A stretch of DNA of 63,872 nucleotides, filler included, from Phoronis australis (GCA_002633005.1; 7 parts of 7 records of this genome joined end to end with filler, not necessarily neighbours in it); one strand, 5' to 3'; positions 1-13,708 are shown, counted from the whole stretch's first letter. A program made the numbers and translations. Notes: generated by a model from the letters alone, not told the origin.

Positions 1-22
1 GCAGCATTCTCCACGACTAAAG
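1..22 (+). CDS. Caspase, 3' end of penultimate coding exon (AAFSTTK-G)
   Basis: Reads A-A-F-S-T-T-K then G|gtataa donor at 23. Phase 1 joins the exon at 2313 to give FSTTKGFVSLR, matching the caspase (Y/F)STxxG(Y/F)VSxR motif. Confidence 0.8.
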
Positions 23-575
23 GTATAAGTTAAAGCGACTGGTTGTGATTTGATACCGACACTTCCAATAGAATAGCCTCTTCTAACCAACAGGGGCGCC
101 CCCTCTGATTCTGGACTTTTTACTGCCAATGCCCCCTGCTTCTGTAGTGATCACATGACATTTGGTTCGCAATTAGTTATTTTGATTCCAAAAAATCCCA
201 ATTTTTATAAGGAGTTACAAAGCCAACGTAGAAATGATAATCGATAAATCTTCTTTTCCGTTCTGACGTGTGTTGGCGGTTCTACTTTTCGAAGCCTAGG
301 GAAGTATTTTAACTGCGGGAAGTGGAGGAGTCTATTCAAACTGCAATTCATGGCTCCAGCTTAAACAGATACGGTAGGGGATAGCAAATTCCAAAATTTA
401 CAGCCATAATTTGTAGAGCAAACGCTGGTCCCGGCGCGATATCTAGTGGACATTCTCAGAGTGAACAAGAATTCGGGTCGCTATCGGCTCTCAGTCATTC
501 CTTTAGCTTTTTTTCTGTGAGGACGCTTCATATTTATTTTCATTATGCCGACATTGTACTCCTACAGAAGCCCAA

Positions 576-743
576 TAGTGCCATTTTGAAGTGAAGAAAA
601 GTATTTTATTGTCTGGCGGCCGCCACTTAATCATCGTTAAAGTGAATATATTGATCGACTTCCGTAGTGTCGCTTTCGTACGGAAGCGACAATACAGCAG
701 CCAGATAATAAAAAATATTTTTCTTCGCTTCAAAATGGCCCTA
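576..743. mobile_element. MITE with about 45-bp imperfect terminal inverted repeats, in the caspase intron
   Basis: tagtgccattttgaagtgaagaaaagtattttattgtctggc is an imperfect reverse complement of gccagataataaaaaatatttttcttcgcttcaaaatggcccta; internal hairpin tgtcgctt..gaagcgaca. Confidence 0.65.
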
Positions 744-2312
744 CCGGGCTTCCGTATATTTCTCTATTTTTTCAAAAGAGCTGTTGAATTTGGAAAGTGG
801 GTATCGAACCGAACTTGAAAAGAACTGAATGTCATTGTGTGAATCACAAAGTTTTCAGTGGTGCCTTATTCTCGCCGCTCCCTCAACTGCTCACTGCGTG
901 CAATTCAAATCAATAAGAACAGAAAGCTGCGGGGCTAGCGTCATCTGTTTCACACCCCTCCCCCGCCCCACCCCTCATTGATCCAAGTCGCACTTATCTA
1001 TATACGTAATTTCCTAAATGTAGCATAGCATGGAAATAGCGTTTTTAGACCTTGTTACACCAAGACTAGGCTAGGCGAGGTGCTTTACCCGGTGCATCAA
1101 AGGAATTCTGGGGACAACAACGTACCCCGCAGCCAATCAGCAGGTCACGCCTATTAATAAAGTTATGTTCGAGCTAATTGAGCGTTTTAATTTTTGTTAG
1201 AAATTGGTGCTCTTGCAATTATTTCCACCAGATTAGGTTTATTGCGTTGGAAACACAAAGGGGATTGTTTTTTTTTCACTGTGATATATATTTATTGAAG
1301 GATACACAGAACATACAAGGAAATAATAACAAACCCAGAAACCGCGAAGCATTATATCTGGGTTGTAAGCAATTCATAAATGAAACTTATATACATAGAG
1401 ATATATACAATTAAGTAGTATCTAAAATAAGTATTCCAATACTTAGACATGCTATTACAGATATATAAAAACAAAAATATTTACAGATTCATGTAGGGAA
1501 ATCAGATGCAACAATATTGATAAACGGTATATAAAAATTTGCTAACGTTGCTTAGGAGGAANAAATTATGAAAAACAGTTCTAAAATTATTTTTTATACT
1601 CGTAAAAGAGTTGCTTTCCTTAACAGAGACTGGAAGAAACACAAAGGGGATGGTAATGTGCTGTGCTGTCTGCAGTTGATCTTGGTTAGTGGGGTGTAAT
1701 TTGTGAACAGAACTTATAAGTCATGAGGACCATGGGCCTACGATTTCAATTTCCAATGCTTTCCAGTAACAAGCAATGGCAGATGCTGGCAGACTATGGT
1801 ATATTTTGCTTTGAGCATTTTCTAAAACAATGCAAGCTTCATAAAATGAATTCGTTTTCGCAGTCAGCTTTTTTTACATTAACGATTGAAATCATCACGG
1901 CACTTAGATTTGATAAACCACGTAAAAGATAAATTTCCATTTTTGCGCGCCATACGTACACCTATGTCGCTTTTTGATTTTACTTCTGATTGAATGTGTG
2001 TCTGTCGAGCGTTGTATTTGTCTGTTAGTTCTGTGCTGTGTTATATTGTATTGTGTTTTGTTTTTATGATTAATCAATGTCAAATCAACCAATCAATCAA
2101 TTCCATGCATCGGTTCTTACATGTATTTCTAATTTTAGTCCCCCTATTTCCAAAAACATACTTATGCCTGGACTTACTTTTAGGGTACTGAAAACAGTAA
2201 AATTTTTCATTTCCGAAAGAGCAGCTTGGCGCTCAGTGTCAGAACTCCTGGCAAAAGTTTTAGAGAGAATTAATTCTAACTCATGTCCATGTCCTCGTTT
2301 TTGACTTTTCAG

Positions 2313-2539
2313 GCTTTGTTTCCCTTCGAGACGTATTTGATGGATCCTTGTACATCCAAAATATCTGTGAGGTGTTCCGTGGATACAAACAAGACCATCT
2401 CCTGGACTTGCTGACCAGGGTCCATCAACGGGTCTCCAAAAAGAACGGGACGCTTGAAACTGGTGAATTCATAAAACAGATGCCAAGTTTTGAATCGACC
2501 TTTACGAACAAGATGTACTTGCACCAAAGCCAGCAGTAG
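2313..2539 (+). CDS. Caspase (peptidase C14) small subunit, terminal coding exon
   Basis: Acceptor ttgacttttcag|; translation GFVSLRDVFDGSLYIQNICEVFRGYKQDHLLDLLTRVHQRVS...KQMPSFESTFTNKMYL*, aligning with the p10 motifs GYVSWR, GSWFIQ, LTRVN, KQMP/KQIP and LYF. Confidence 0.9.
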
Positions 2540-4652
2540 CTGTTGCACTTTAGTCATCATGTTTTGGGGTACCTTTATGTACGTAGGCCCGATGTTTTTG
2601 ATACTTTAATGTCTTGCTGGCCAACTTTGCGGAATTTTTGTTATTAGTTCCAATATTCGTTCGCTATAAAATTTCGGAAGTGCATTACACATATCCAGTC
2701 GTTAGCCACATCCGAAACAGGATTCAACCTGGACAACAGTGGCGCTAAGGACAACAAAAAGCCCACGGCGAACGGACTGATTGGTAACTGAATTTCAGTA
2801 ACGCTTATCGGGATTATCCCTCTGTCTCCTGTTTGCATTACAGCCACTATGCAGCATGCAGTAAAACCCCGCTGGCTTCGAAGCATAAATCACTAGCTTT
2901 GATATACATTGCATATCTACCTACAAGTGTTACTTTTTTACATTACACGCGTTTTGTGTCGGCCATATGTTTTGATCTTATAATGGGCCTAATAAAATTT
3001 TCTGAGATCTTGTGCTCAAGTCGTGGCCAGGATCTTTCGCGTAACATGCATAGCCAAACATTTATCTTGGGAATCTGGTCACAATTTGCCCATCTGAGTG
3101 GATGTTCCGTGTGTGCCACATACATGTGTAAAAGTATATAGCTACTGGTGTCGGTTTGCACGTTTGGTACGTCCACCAGCTGCCTTCAGGACATCCTGAG
3201 CCGTTTGACAAAATAATTTTGAATATTAACTGCACAGCTGGTTTTAAATGGTCACTAAATATTATTCCTAATATATTATTGAAAAGAACGGCCAGTCCTT
3301 AGTCACCTTGGTGCTCATGAGTGCCTCCAGCGACATTGGGTATGCGCATCCCAGAGAGCAGATTTGTTGGATACGAGTCATTCAATCCTGAGAGTGACTC
3401 AGGCCACAGGCGATCGTCTCCTCGGTATACTTGTACTTGTCTATGGGAATAAGTCACCTTTTTGCTTGCATCAATGACGAACTGGACTTCTGGCTGCTTG
3501 GAATATTGCTAAAATGAAGTGGTAGGCACAGATCGCATATCTTGGTCAACTAGCGGTGCTGCCTGTGGATGACTCTGAGCCATGATCCTTTCTGTATACA
3601 TGACGTATCCCACTGCCCGTATAAAGGTCATCTGCAGACGTGGAACCGAAATGATTGAAAACACATCAGCGCTGCCTATTGGTGAGACACTCGAGCCCTC
3701 CTTGTATGCAAAGATCTAATTCCATTCAACAAGAATGGAGGAAATTATATACCAAAATGCATTTTAATTAATAAGGTAGACCTATGAAAAGACGACTGCA
3801 TTTCGAGACTGGTCCACGTCTGACCTCGGGTAGAAATAAAATGAAGCAAGACCAGCGAATACAGTAACAGGCTAGCCTTGCCTGAAGATGAAACTTGACT
3901 AATTTCGAAATACATCCATTCTCAGTTATGTGCTGCATACAAGCTTGTCGACTGGAAGATCAATTCTAAGGACGGTGTGTTCAGCAAGTAAACAGACAGC
4001 GGTGTCGTGTTTTTAATCGGGTTTGTGTACAAGAAGGTTTACTGTCAATATCTTTTTTTACAAGTATTTATTATCATTTATCAACAAGTACAAAAAAACA
4101 AACGAACAAATAAGTAACATCCATTCATTCACGCATGCACACCTCAGGAGAGAGCATTCTCGTATCTCGTATAAAGTAAACGACTTCTACATGACGTTAA
4201 CTTGAACAATGAAATTTTCCCATTTAACAGAGAAGCTGTCATATACTATCAATATCTTCATATCGATGTAAAGGGAGAACAAGATGTGCCCCCCATGCTT
4301 GCCATTTGGCGAATATTACCACCCCCCTCGTCATCATGGGCAGTGCAGCACTGAAATATGTAGGGGGTTATAAGTTGCGCCCCCCATGGTCATGATCCTG
4401 AATCAGCCCATGTTTTGATGTCACGGAACATTCCAGTCAACATAATATAACCGATTACTGTGTTGATTCCTCTGTAGTGAGTCTGTACTGGTTAGGCAGT
4501 TGTAATCGATGTGTATTTCAGACTCCTTTTAGCTAAGTAGTCCTGTGATGGGTGTTAATAAACGTTTTTAGCTCATCTGTTGTGTTCTGGTTTTCGATTT
4601 ACATGTACATGTACCACTCAACAACGTGCAAGCATAGTACTGATGTGCTTAA

Positions 4653-6291
4653 AGGAGCATGCCACCCAAAAAACAACCTAATTTGTATCAATTTAGATCG
4701 AGTAGTTCTACTCCATCACGACACGTATGGTTGCGATACCTGACACTTGACGGCAGACGGAGGGGTTGAAATTATCCAATGACGTCATCGGTTTCACACG
4801 CAGTGTGTTCAGCAGTTCACAACACGGGTTACTAGTGTCAGCTTACCGCTTGAAGTCATCGTTTAACACCAATAAATCACCAAACTTCGATGTAAAACCC
4901 TTAAAAATACACCGAGTTTTTATAAAAACGTGTTGTTTTATTTCGTTCGTACGGATTTATTGGTATTTGGACACACCGTAGCCTACAAAGTTCGGCAGAC
5001 CAATAAGGTCCGTAGCAGGAGTTTGGCATGGGGTCTGTTCGGAGATAATTTCGAAGTATTTCCGTGAGACAGACCGGAGAACCTAGATATGTGTTGTTTA
5101 GACTTGTGATTTTTTTAGCTCTACACACAAAACGCTTGTTAGCCTGGCCAGTGGCTTGGAGCCCGATCAGGCCCGTCGCGACCGGACGGATTGACTCNGA
5201 ACATAAACCAACCAAAGTTAAGTGGAAACTAAACTTCCAGTCAAGAAAATACTATACTACTGGGCCAAAGTAATGTGCACCTGATTATGTTGGTGAATTA
5301 GCCACGAAACTGCAAATATACTTACTCGCGTCGGGGGCCGCGACTTCAGGTTTCCGTGCTTCGGCCACAGCACCCTTAGGGCAGAAGTTGTACATTGACA
5401 ATCATTACATGAGTATGTAAATGTAAATAAAGATTCCCCTAACACCTGACCGTGGAAATCGAGTTGTTTCACAACAGTTTCTGCCAGCAAACACTAAATT
5501 AGCATGAGCTCACACGGCCTAGGTGTCCCGTCAATTAGTTTTATTTCACCTGTAGCCGGTAACGCAGTGATTTATTCATGGCTGGCTTATCAAATCATTT
5601 GCACTCACGAACACTACAAAGGCATTACAAATTGCATTTAATGAGACAGACTTTGTTTCAGTTTTATATAAGTATTGGTTAGGGTGAGAATAATTCATTT
5701 TGAAACAGAACACTCAGTAATAAACGCCAACATGGCAACTCGCAATCTCGAATTAGGACGAGTTAGAGCTCATCAGTCCCGACTTCGCAGGTGGATCGTT
5801 AAGTTTTACAGGCTATCAATTCAAACAGGAATACAGTGATGAAGAAATAATAGAGAGGCGCCGTGAACAAGCTCAGACAACGGAACGTATGGAGTTATTT
5901 GGTAAACCGGCATTCGTCAGGCACTGTCGACGCCTGCAGGCCACAGACACGGAGATGTTTCACGGCCTCATACTTGCTATTTACGGCGTACATTTCATTG
6001 TGCACTACCATGATCCACTTCCTAAGCATTTCGGACTCTCGAGGAAGTAAAAAAACGATATACCCGCTTTCCTCGCAGTTGCTTAGTTCGGACAAGCGGG
6101 AACGATGCACCGCAACATAGCGGCATTCACTCTGGATATGAACCACTGACGTCGCTAGCGTCGTTTCTCACCTTCCTCACATGTTAACGTGACACCTCTT
6201 GGCAAGGTAAGGTCGACCGTACGCGAGGCAATGTGGATATAGACTTATTAAGACGGCAAAAAAGACTAATTAAATCGGGTGGCAATCTCCT
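4653..6291. mobile_element. Non-autonomous Kolobok-like DNA transposon with TTAA target-site duplication
   Basis: TTAA at 4649-4652 and 6292-6295; TIRs AGGAGCATGCCACCC / GGGTGGCAATCTCCT (13/15 match); contains a THAP remnant; partial copies at 57031-57888 and 59417-59945. Confidence 0.75.
5930..6126 (-). pseudogene. Truncated, frameshifted THAP zinc-finger remnant inside the Kolobok-like element
   Basis: MPLCC...FLLPRESEMLRKW...KHLRVCGL: THAP C, P, W and RVC motifs, cut off before HF. Confidence 0.65.
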
Positions 6292-7161
6292 TTAAATCAT
6301 TTTGTGGTAAAATTCACGTCTGGCCGATTGCCTAGTGTTGATGGTACTCTATACGAGGCGAGAACGTCATTTCGGTGCTCGGAGAAAAGTGAGAACGGTG
6401 CAGAGGGAACATTTAAGCAATTAAAAATTGCAAGATGGACATTACAAAAAAATTAAAACAGCACTGCATTGTAGTTGACGATGCAAAAACAGGCAGTAAA
6501 GAAATGCGCTTGTCAACTTCGTTGCTATGGATGAAAAATGATGTGGTCCTCGTAACCTACAAACAATTGACAATTACCCCTGCCTTTCTCACTGTATAAG
6601 CGTTATAAGGAATTAGTCTTTTGACGCTGGATTCCACGAGCTGTAAACTTATACCTTTTTGACTACCTGAAGAAGCGCTGGCTGCTTAGCGTGACTGCAA
6701 AGAGCTAGGCCGCGACCGTCATTGTCTGCCACCTAAAAGACGGTCTACAGAACCGTGTTTGCACGGAGCAGAGAAAAGTAGTTCGAGGACAATGGTTATT
6801 GCACGGGAATCGAGCGCCGACATAATAGGAATGTCGGTTTATTCACTTATAAAATCGAGATTTCCTGCCTATACAATTCTCCATTGCCGATCTTACAGAA
6901 AATTTCATTTTTCGGTATTCACGTTATTTTTCCAAACGATTGCTCATTGGCTTTGTCTGAAATACGTGCATATAAATTAACATGAGCAAGATAGCTTTTA
7001 GATTTCTTGCAAATTAACATGTCTGTGCTTTTTGTAGAGGTTTATGCCTTACAAAATGTTAAATGCGTGTTAGGATACTGCAGACGTGCTTGTTCGCTTC
7101 AGCCTAGCATTCTGTAGATAATGTTTTCTAACTCGATTGTGGATACCAGTCCATAGCTTAC

Positions 7162-7315
7162 CAATGGCGGATTTAAGGGGGGGAAAAGGGGACCCCCCCC
7201 GTAAATTTCTCCCAAATTCCAAGTGGCAGTTTGGGGGTGCGAATGTCTGACGGGCAAAACCCTGGCTAATACTCTGTCCTGTCCCCCCCAACACAAAATC
7301 CTGGATCCGCCCCTG
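7162..7315. mobile_element. About 155-bp MITE, copy 1, 5-bp TSD CTTAC
   Basis: Ends caatggcggattta / atcctggatccgcccctg; CTTAC at 7157-7161 and 7316-7320; homologous copies at 30918 and 60961. Confidence 0.85.
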
Positions 7316-10300
7316 CTTACAGTGTGCTCATGGCCACTTTGCACCACCCCCATCAGAGCGAACCTGACAGATGGTCATTTACGCGCCGCATTTATAGAAT
7401 AACCATCTTGTAACCGACTGTGGCACTCGACAAAGTTGGTTTATTCCAGAGTCAGTGTACCATCCTGTTCTATGAGAGCGTGCAAAGTGCTTTGTTTCGA
7501 GCGACTGGAACTCACAGTCGACACCTCATATTTCTTATCAAAATGTTTTGTTTGATAGAAAAGAATATTTATGTGCTAAGAGACTTCCGGTCGGTTGCTT
7601 TCATCATATAAATGCATTGTTTATGGCACTGACCACGGACAAAGCAATGACGTCAATATACTAAATGCCATAGACATGACCAATTCAAATACAGTCCTGG
7701 TATTCCGGTTCCCATGATGCACCAGTAGATCTAGTATGCCACAATTAGGGGGAACAACCCAGGAAAAATATCCGTGCCACACCTAAAAATAGCATGCCGG
7801 TGTTCCTTTTAATTATGTAGTTAGGGATGACACAGAGTTGCTACAGAAACCAGTTTCAGCTTTTTTAATGGTTTGAACTGCTTTGGAGTGAAACTAGACA
7901 AAATTGCATTTGATTTCACATGATTTTGAATTTTCACACAGTTACGTTGAGGTCACCGACATGGTCGTCCGACAAGCAAAAATTCAGACGTTTGCTGGAC
8001 AACAATTAAATTTTCCGCGATAACAGTCAGTCAAAGCAGTCAAGGATTGGTGTCTTTTGGGACTTGCTTGTATCAAAATCAAAAATCGCGGTTCATATCA
8101 CTGTGTACATGTATGTGTGCAACTTACTAAAATAAAATTCGGTTACGGCAAGACTCGGATTTAGCAACAATAACGAACCAAGATATTGTTGTAACCTAAC
8201 ATGATTGTTTTTATTCTAATTTTTATTTTCATGCAATGGCAGTGACTTGTTCTCGAATGGACGTTTCTGGAACTCGAGAGTCAACTAGCCCCTAATTTGC
8301 AAAATATATACCCGACTGGCTGGTGTACGGTAATCAGCTTTCGCTGTGTTTCACGCAAGACATGGGAACTTCAAGTGGTGATGCTTGCTTACGTTAGGAA
8401 ACAAAACTATTCGTAAAATCTGTTATCATTTCTTTTTAAATATCATTTGTTGTTGTCATCAATTTTTTTATTTGTTTTTGTTGAACGTCCAAATTTATAG
8501 TTATTTCACCGTACACAAATGTGAAGGTGATAATATCACGATGTACTTACATGTAATGTGTCTTTATTTTCAGACTTTAAATTCGCATGTATAGATATAT
8601 TCATGCATTTACGTGTGCAGCTGTAGTGAGCAAAGTCCTCAATTTTGCTATCTTGGTACTATTCTCAGCTTTGTGGAGTGTGGAGTCGATTATTGTGCGA
8701 ACAGACTGTGCCAAAGAAATTGTGCTGTGGCTTGGCATCTGGAATACAGAAGCTTCTGTGAGACACCGCATTGCCTACCAGTAAATGAAGTCTAATACAC
8801 GCCTCTTTAAAACGTATTCAATACCTGATTCTGTACTTTTAGCAGACCTTTAGAGAGTAATCGACCGAATACATGTAAAAGTATTGCTCGTAGGAAGAAA
8901 AGTCCAATGTCCTTCAGACAGGCAGAGTAAAGACGTCCAATGAAATCCGTGCCCTTCTCTTCCTATTGAAGATGATGTTTTGAACCAGTAGTCGAGTCTT
9001 TTAATCAATTATTTACAAAAAGGTGTTTTCAAACTTGTATTATTTCGAATTGTAGTTACTGGTATCTGTAACAGAGAAAAAAACAACTGACATCAGGTAC
9101 ACTTGGTAGTCATGTTGATATTCATTGTTCTCCGCGACCAGTTTTAACTTGTCGCTTCAAGAGGTTTGCCGATGCTTCCGTCAGGTTTGGGGTAACCTGC
9201 AACAAACGGGCTTTGTGTTTGCCCATGACAAAAAATGGCTGCCAGGTCGAGTCCAGTTACGTCTTTCCGACATGTTTGGATTTTAAGTTGTGGAGAAAAC
9301 TGACTGTATACATGTAGCACGTTACACATACTGTAAGTCATAACATCATGAAAGTGTCACACATGAAAACATGAATGCGATTCTAGATATGATCAATCGT
9401 TTTGGACCTACATGTACGTTAGGACATAAATAAAATCTAGTCAAAGACATCTGTTCTCATTAAAAATACAAGGCAATGTCGCACGTAATCTCGCGAAGTC
9501 TTGCTCTTTAGCCAGGTCCTCGTGTTACTGAGCGGGGGGGGGCAGGAAAACCTCGGTGTGACAGTGCTTAGGCCTCGGTACGCTTTTGCAAAAATGGACA
9601 AAAGATGGACCTATCCGTAGCACTGCAATAAAAACTGGAATAAAGATTGAGATCTTGGCCATTTACCTCTAAGATAAAAGTACTTTTAACGAGAACAACA
9701 AATGCGGAACCCCCACAGTCTAGTCATGGGCGTAGGTTCTGATCGTCCTCTAGGTCAAGTGCTGTGCATGTATAACCCGATAAGTTACCTTCTGTGGCGA
9801 ACCGGCGATTGCTGTTATCCATTCTTAAAGTCCTTGTTGCAAACTGCCCATGTGGTTCTAGTATCCGAAAATACTTACTACATAAAATCATATTTTCGAC
9901 ACCCTTTCTTTACATTCTTTTCGCCTTTCTTGTCAAAAGCAATTTTTCAACCGTATTTGACCCTTTTCTCTGAGCGTATGATTACCGGTTGTCATCGGTT
10001 ATTTCCGTACCCACATTTCCGGCTCATCAGTTCAGGAACTTATCCTGAACGCCGCCATTTTTTCCTTGTAACTGAATGTGCTATGGCTTGCTCGAAAAGT
10101 CTTCATTATATTGTTTTATTAGTAATATATCGTGATTCGTTTGCATATGTAGTGTATTTATAGTTTGTAGTTTGTGGTCGTTGATTTTTTTGGNNNNNNN
10201 NNNNNNNNNNNNNNNNNNNNNNNNNNNNNNNNNNNNNNNNNNNNNNNNNNNNNNNNNNNNNNNNNNNNNNNNNNNNNNNNNNNNNNNNNNNNNNNNNNNN

Positions 10301-13073
10301 NNNNNNNNNNNNNNNNNNNNNNNNNNNNNNNNNNNNNNNNNNNNNNNNNNNNNNNNNNNNNNNNNNNNNNNNNNNNNNNNNNNNNNNNNNNNNNNNNNNN
10401 NNNNNNNNNNNNNNNNNNNNNNNNNNNNNNNNNNNNNNNNNNNNNNNNNNNNNNNNNNNNNNNNNNNNNNNNNNNNNNNNNNNNNNNNNNNNNNNNNNNN
10501 NNNNNNNNNNNNNNNNNNNNNNNNNNNNNNNNNNNNNNNNNNNNNNNNNNNNNNNNNNNNNNNNNNNNNNNNNNNNNNNNNNNNNNNNNNNNNNNNNNNN
10601 NNNNNNNNNNNNNNNNNNNNNNNNNNNNNNNNNNNNNNNNNNNNNNNNNNNNNNNNNNNNNNNNNNNNNNNNNNNNNNNNNNNNNNNNNNNNNNNNNNNN
10701 NNNNNNNNNNNNNNNNNNNNNNNNNNNNNNNNNNNNNNNNNNNNNNNNNNNNNNNNNNNNNNNNNNNNNNNNNNNNNNNNNNNNNNNNNNNNNNNNNNNN
10801 NNNNNNNNNNNNNNNNNNNNNNNNNNNNNNNNNNNNNNNNNNNNNNNNNNNNNNNNNNNNNNNNNNNNNNNNNNNNNNNNNNNNNNNNNNNNNNNNNNNN
10901 NNNNNNNNNNNNNNNNNNNNNNNNNNNNNNNNNNNNNNNNNNNNNNNNNNNNNNNNNNNNNNNNNNNNNNNTTTGCTGGCTGGTAACAGTACAGGCACTG
11001 CTCCAGTCGCACTGACGGCGTTTTCTCGGCCTGGGTTCCTGAATGAATTGTACTTCCGGGTTCGCGGCAAGTTCAAAATGGCGGTGTTTCTTCGGGTGCG
11101 AATCGTGAGTGGCGCGTTCATTTAAACAGTTTTCGAGTACGGATCGTGTATTAGTTATGGGGTAGGTACTTCTTGGATCCTTATAACATCTTCTAACCAT
11201 GTAATAAGGGTTAACAACGCGTGAGAGAAGGACTTTAACTCATCGGGTAATACCGTACTTCACCCAGAACCTACCCACGTGACCTGGCTTTACAGGAGTT
11301 GCGACGCCTCGACCTTTTTGGAAGATTTTTGTTTTTTTTAATTTCTTGAGAACTCGCTGGAGCAGGACGCTGTAAATGCTATCAGGAGAAAAAAACATTT
11401 GTTCATGGTTTGTTGAATCCCCGGCCTGTTTGTGTAAATTTATTGAGATTTGTGTTTGATTGGACGGCTGAAATGAAGCATCCGTGGAATTTGCATCTTT
11501 TAGTTTTATATAGTGTATTGAGGACGTCTATGAGTCTCGCTAGTCGTGGTTTCGAAATTTGTAAATGGACGCGAACGCTGCACACAGAGTACTCGTACGG
11601 GGCAGCGAAAGCCTGGTGCGAGCAAAATGCCGAGTCTTCACTCGAATATTTCAGAAATTCATTCAACGTTTTCATCATTTCTTAAAATTCTATCGCCACC
11701 GAATATTGAACACGCGTCCTAGTAGGCTTAAAAGGTAAAAACAGACGCCGGACGAATTCCTCGGACCGAACAATACTTGACTTCGAGAAAGAAGCTTGTT
11801 CGCATGGTCCAGATCGACGAACTTGAACTTTTCAATTAATATCCGGGCTTCGTTATCGCGTTTTTAATCACGATTGAATCAAGGGCGAGTCAGCCACGAT
11901 GTATGGTTAACTGTCTGAAGCTTTTGATCTGTGGTGGTATTAGTGTGTCATTTTAATTCCACTTGAAAATGAAACAAGTATGTTTCGAAATATCGTGTGT
12001 CTTATAATCATGTCTCTTGGTCAGTCGATTCACCATTGTTGTCCTGAATGCAGATACGAAAAGAACGGAATAAACATTGTTAATAACGACAAGTGTCGTG
12101 TATTCCACCAATTTTGCGTATAGTTAACTTTGCGTAAATACAATGTACAAGGGTTACATATCTCTAGCGATAAGGGTTGCCTCAGCAGCTACAGAGACAC
12201 GGAGCCTCACGGCCACTAGATGGATTTTAGGATCGAAAATACATTTACAGGAATTTCGTTCTATATGCGAAAAACTGATTGAAGATATTAGCTTCGACCT
12301 GAGGTGGTTAAGGCAACTAAGTTCGTTTGTTGCGATTTTACCATGAATCGCGATTTCTCGTGGTTGACCTCTGGTCATAAATTCTAATACATTTCACTAA
12401 CCTAATCAGTTTAGTACGATTGAGAACCTTGGCTATTTGTCGATTTGCCTTAGCTAACGAGGAGTTCGAATCAGTCTTAAAAACACCTTTCTCGCCGATT
12501 ATGTCACTTTAAGGAATCTGCCTACATAACTAGGACTATTACTCCCAGCTACATAATCAGCAGTCTACGTGTCCCCGAGTGAAGGTCAGGCCTTCTTGCC
12601 AGATGTCACTTCCCAGTTACTAAAAATAACGACTTCCTTGAACAACTTTATTGCAAATCCCCCACGCCCTGACAAAATTCAAGGTATCAAAGACACTGAA
12701 GCGTATCACCATTTTGGCGGCGGTACCTATCATAGCTATACTAGTACCGGAAGGGACTTCTCGCTGTCAAGCTCTAGACCGGGCGTGCGTTCAATAGACG
12801 CTAAGACCTACGCTAGGACCTGGCTAAAACCTAGTCAAAGTCACGTGTTTTCTTTTAAAATACACGGCAATATCTCGCGTAATCTCTCGAAGTCTTGCTT
12901 TTTAGCGAGGTCCTAGCCTTACTGAACGGGAGGAAGGAATATGTTCGTTGGACAAGGAAGTTGTCTTACGCTCCACATAATATTTCTGGAAAATTAAACT
13001 CATTTTAGCAATAGAACAAAGTATCTGAGAATATTTCCACTATTGTTAATTAGTGAGAAAATTTGTACAGGTA

Positions 13074-13208
13074 ATTTGCAGGTTGTGTTGTATTAATAGT
13101 TTAATCACTAAACCTTTATTTGCAGGTTGTTGCATTAATAATTTCATCACTAAACCTTTATTTGCAGGTTGTGTTGCATTAATAATTTCATCACTAAACC
13201 TTTATTTG
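13074..13208. repeat. Three tandem copies of a 43-45 bp unit within a dispersed repeat
   Basis: atttgcaggttgtgttgcattaataatttcatcactaaaccttt repeated three times; the flanking gtcttacgctccacata sequence recurs near 35041, 35211 and 36569. Confidence 0.85.
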
Positions 13209-13650
13209 ACAATTGTAAAGTGGGAGCGTACGTGTCACCAAACTCAAAGACGTTAATTGCTAAACTTGTGATTTAGTTTTAAGTCACTGATCTTTCACAG
13301 CGCCATCTATGGAAGAGTGGCGCAACTCAAGGACGATGTTATGAAAAAGCTTACCCAGTACGTGCCGCCATCCAACCATCGGTCGTCACGAGGTCGGAGG
13401 ATCGCGTTATTATGACCACTTAAGCTGGTTTGAGGCGAATTAAACAGAATTACACTCATTAATTTTGTACGTCTTAGGTGGATTTTTTGAAAGTGGACAA
13501 CTAAAAATCACCCTAGAGCCCACCATCGTGTCAATTTTCAAAAAACAGGCCCGAGTCAACATTAGCCGAACTACGCATGCCCACCGATAACGAGCTCTAT
13601 ATCTTTTGCAACAGCATCCAGCTGTCCCTAGATGTCCATCTGTCCTTATC

Positions 13651-13708
13651 ATGGCGCGTCTGGCTGAAATTGGTGTCCTAGTCGCTCTAATTTGCGGCTT
13701 TATGCCAG
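13651..13708 (+). CDS. Candidate first coding exon encoding a signal peptide (MARLAEIGVLVALICGFMP-); downstream exons not identified
   Basis: atcATGG start context, hydrophobic h-region, strong CAG|gtgagt donor in phase 1. Confidence 0.4.

Noticed and set aside
1275-1900. Possible minus-strand LINE 3' end (stem-loop aacccaga/tctgggtt plus AATAAA)
   Set aside because: No ordered reverse-transcriptase C-terminal motifs could be read; too weak to call.
8613-8795. Cys-rich ORF (C..LC...C...WH) resembling an IBR or piggyBac zinc finger
   Set aside because: Spacing fits neither family well, and there are no flanking domains or exon partners; a profile search would be needed.
9040-9085. Strong minus-strand acceptor-like tttttttctctgttacag
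   Set aside because: Followed only by short uninformative frames, and no upstream exon was found.
10081-11200. Long ORFs of 270-364 aa in the ORF track
   Set aside because: They consist almost entirely of the N gap at 10194-10971.
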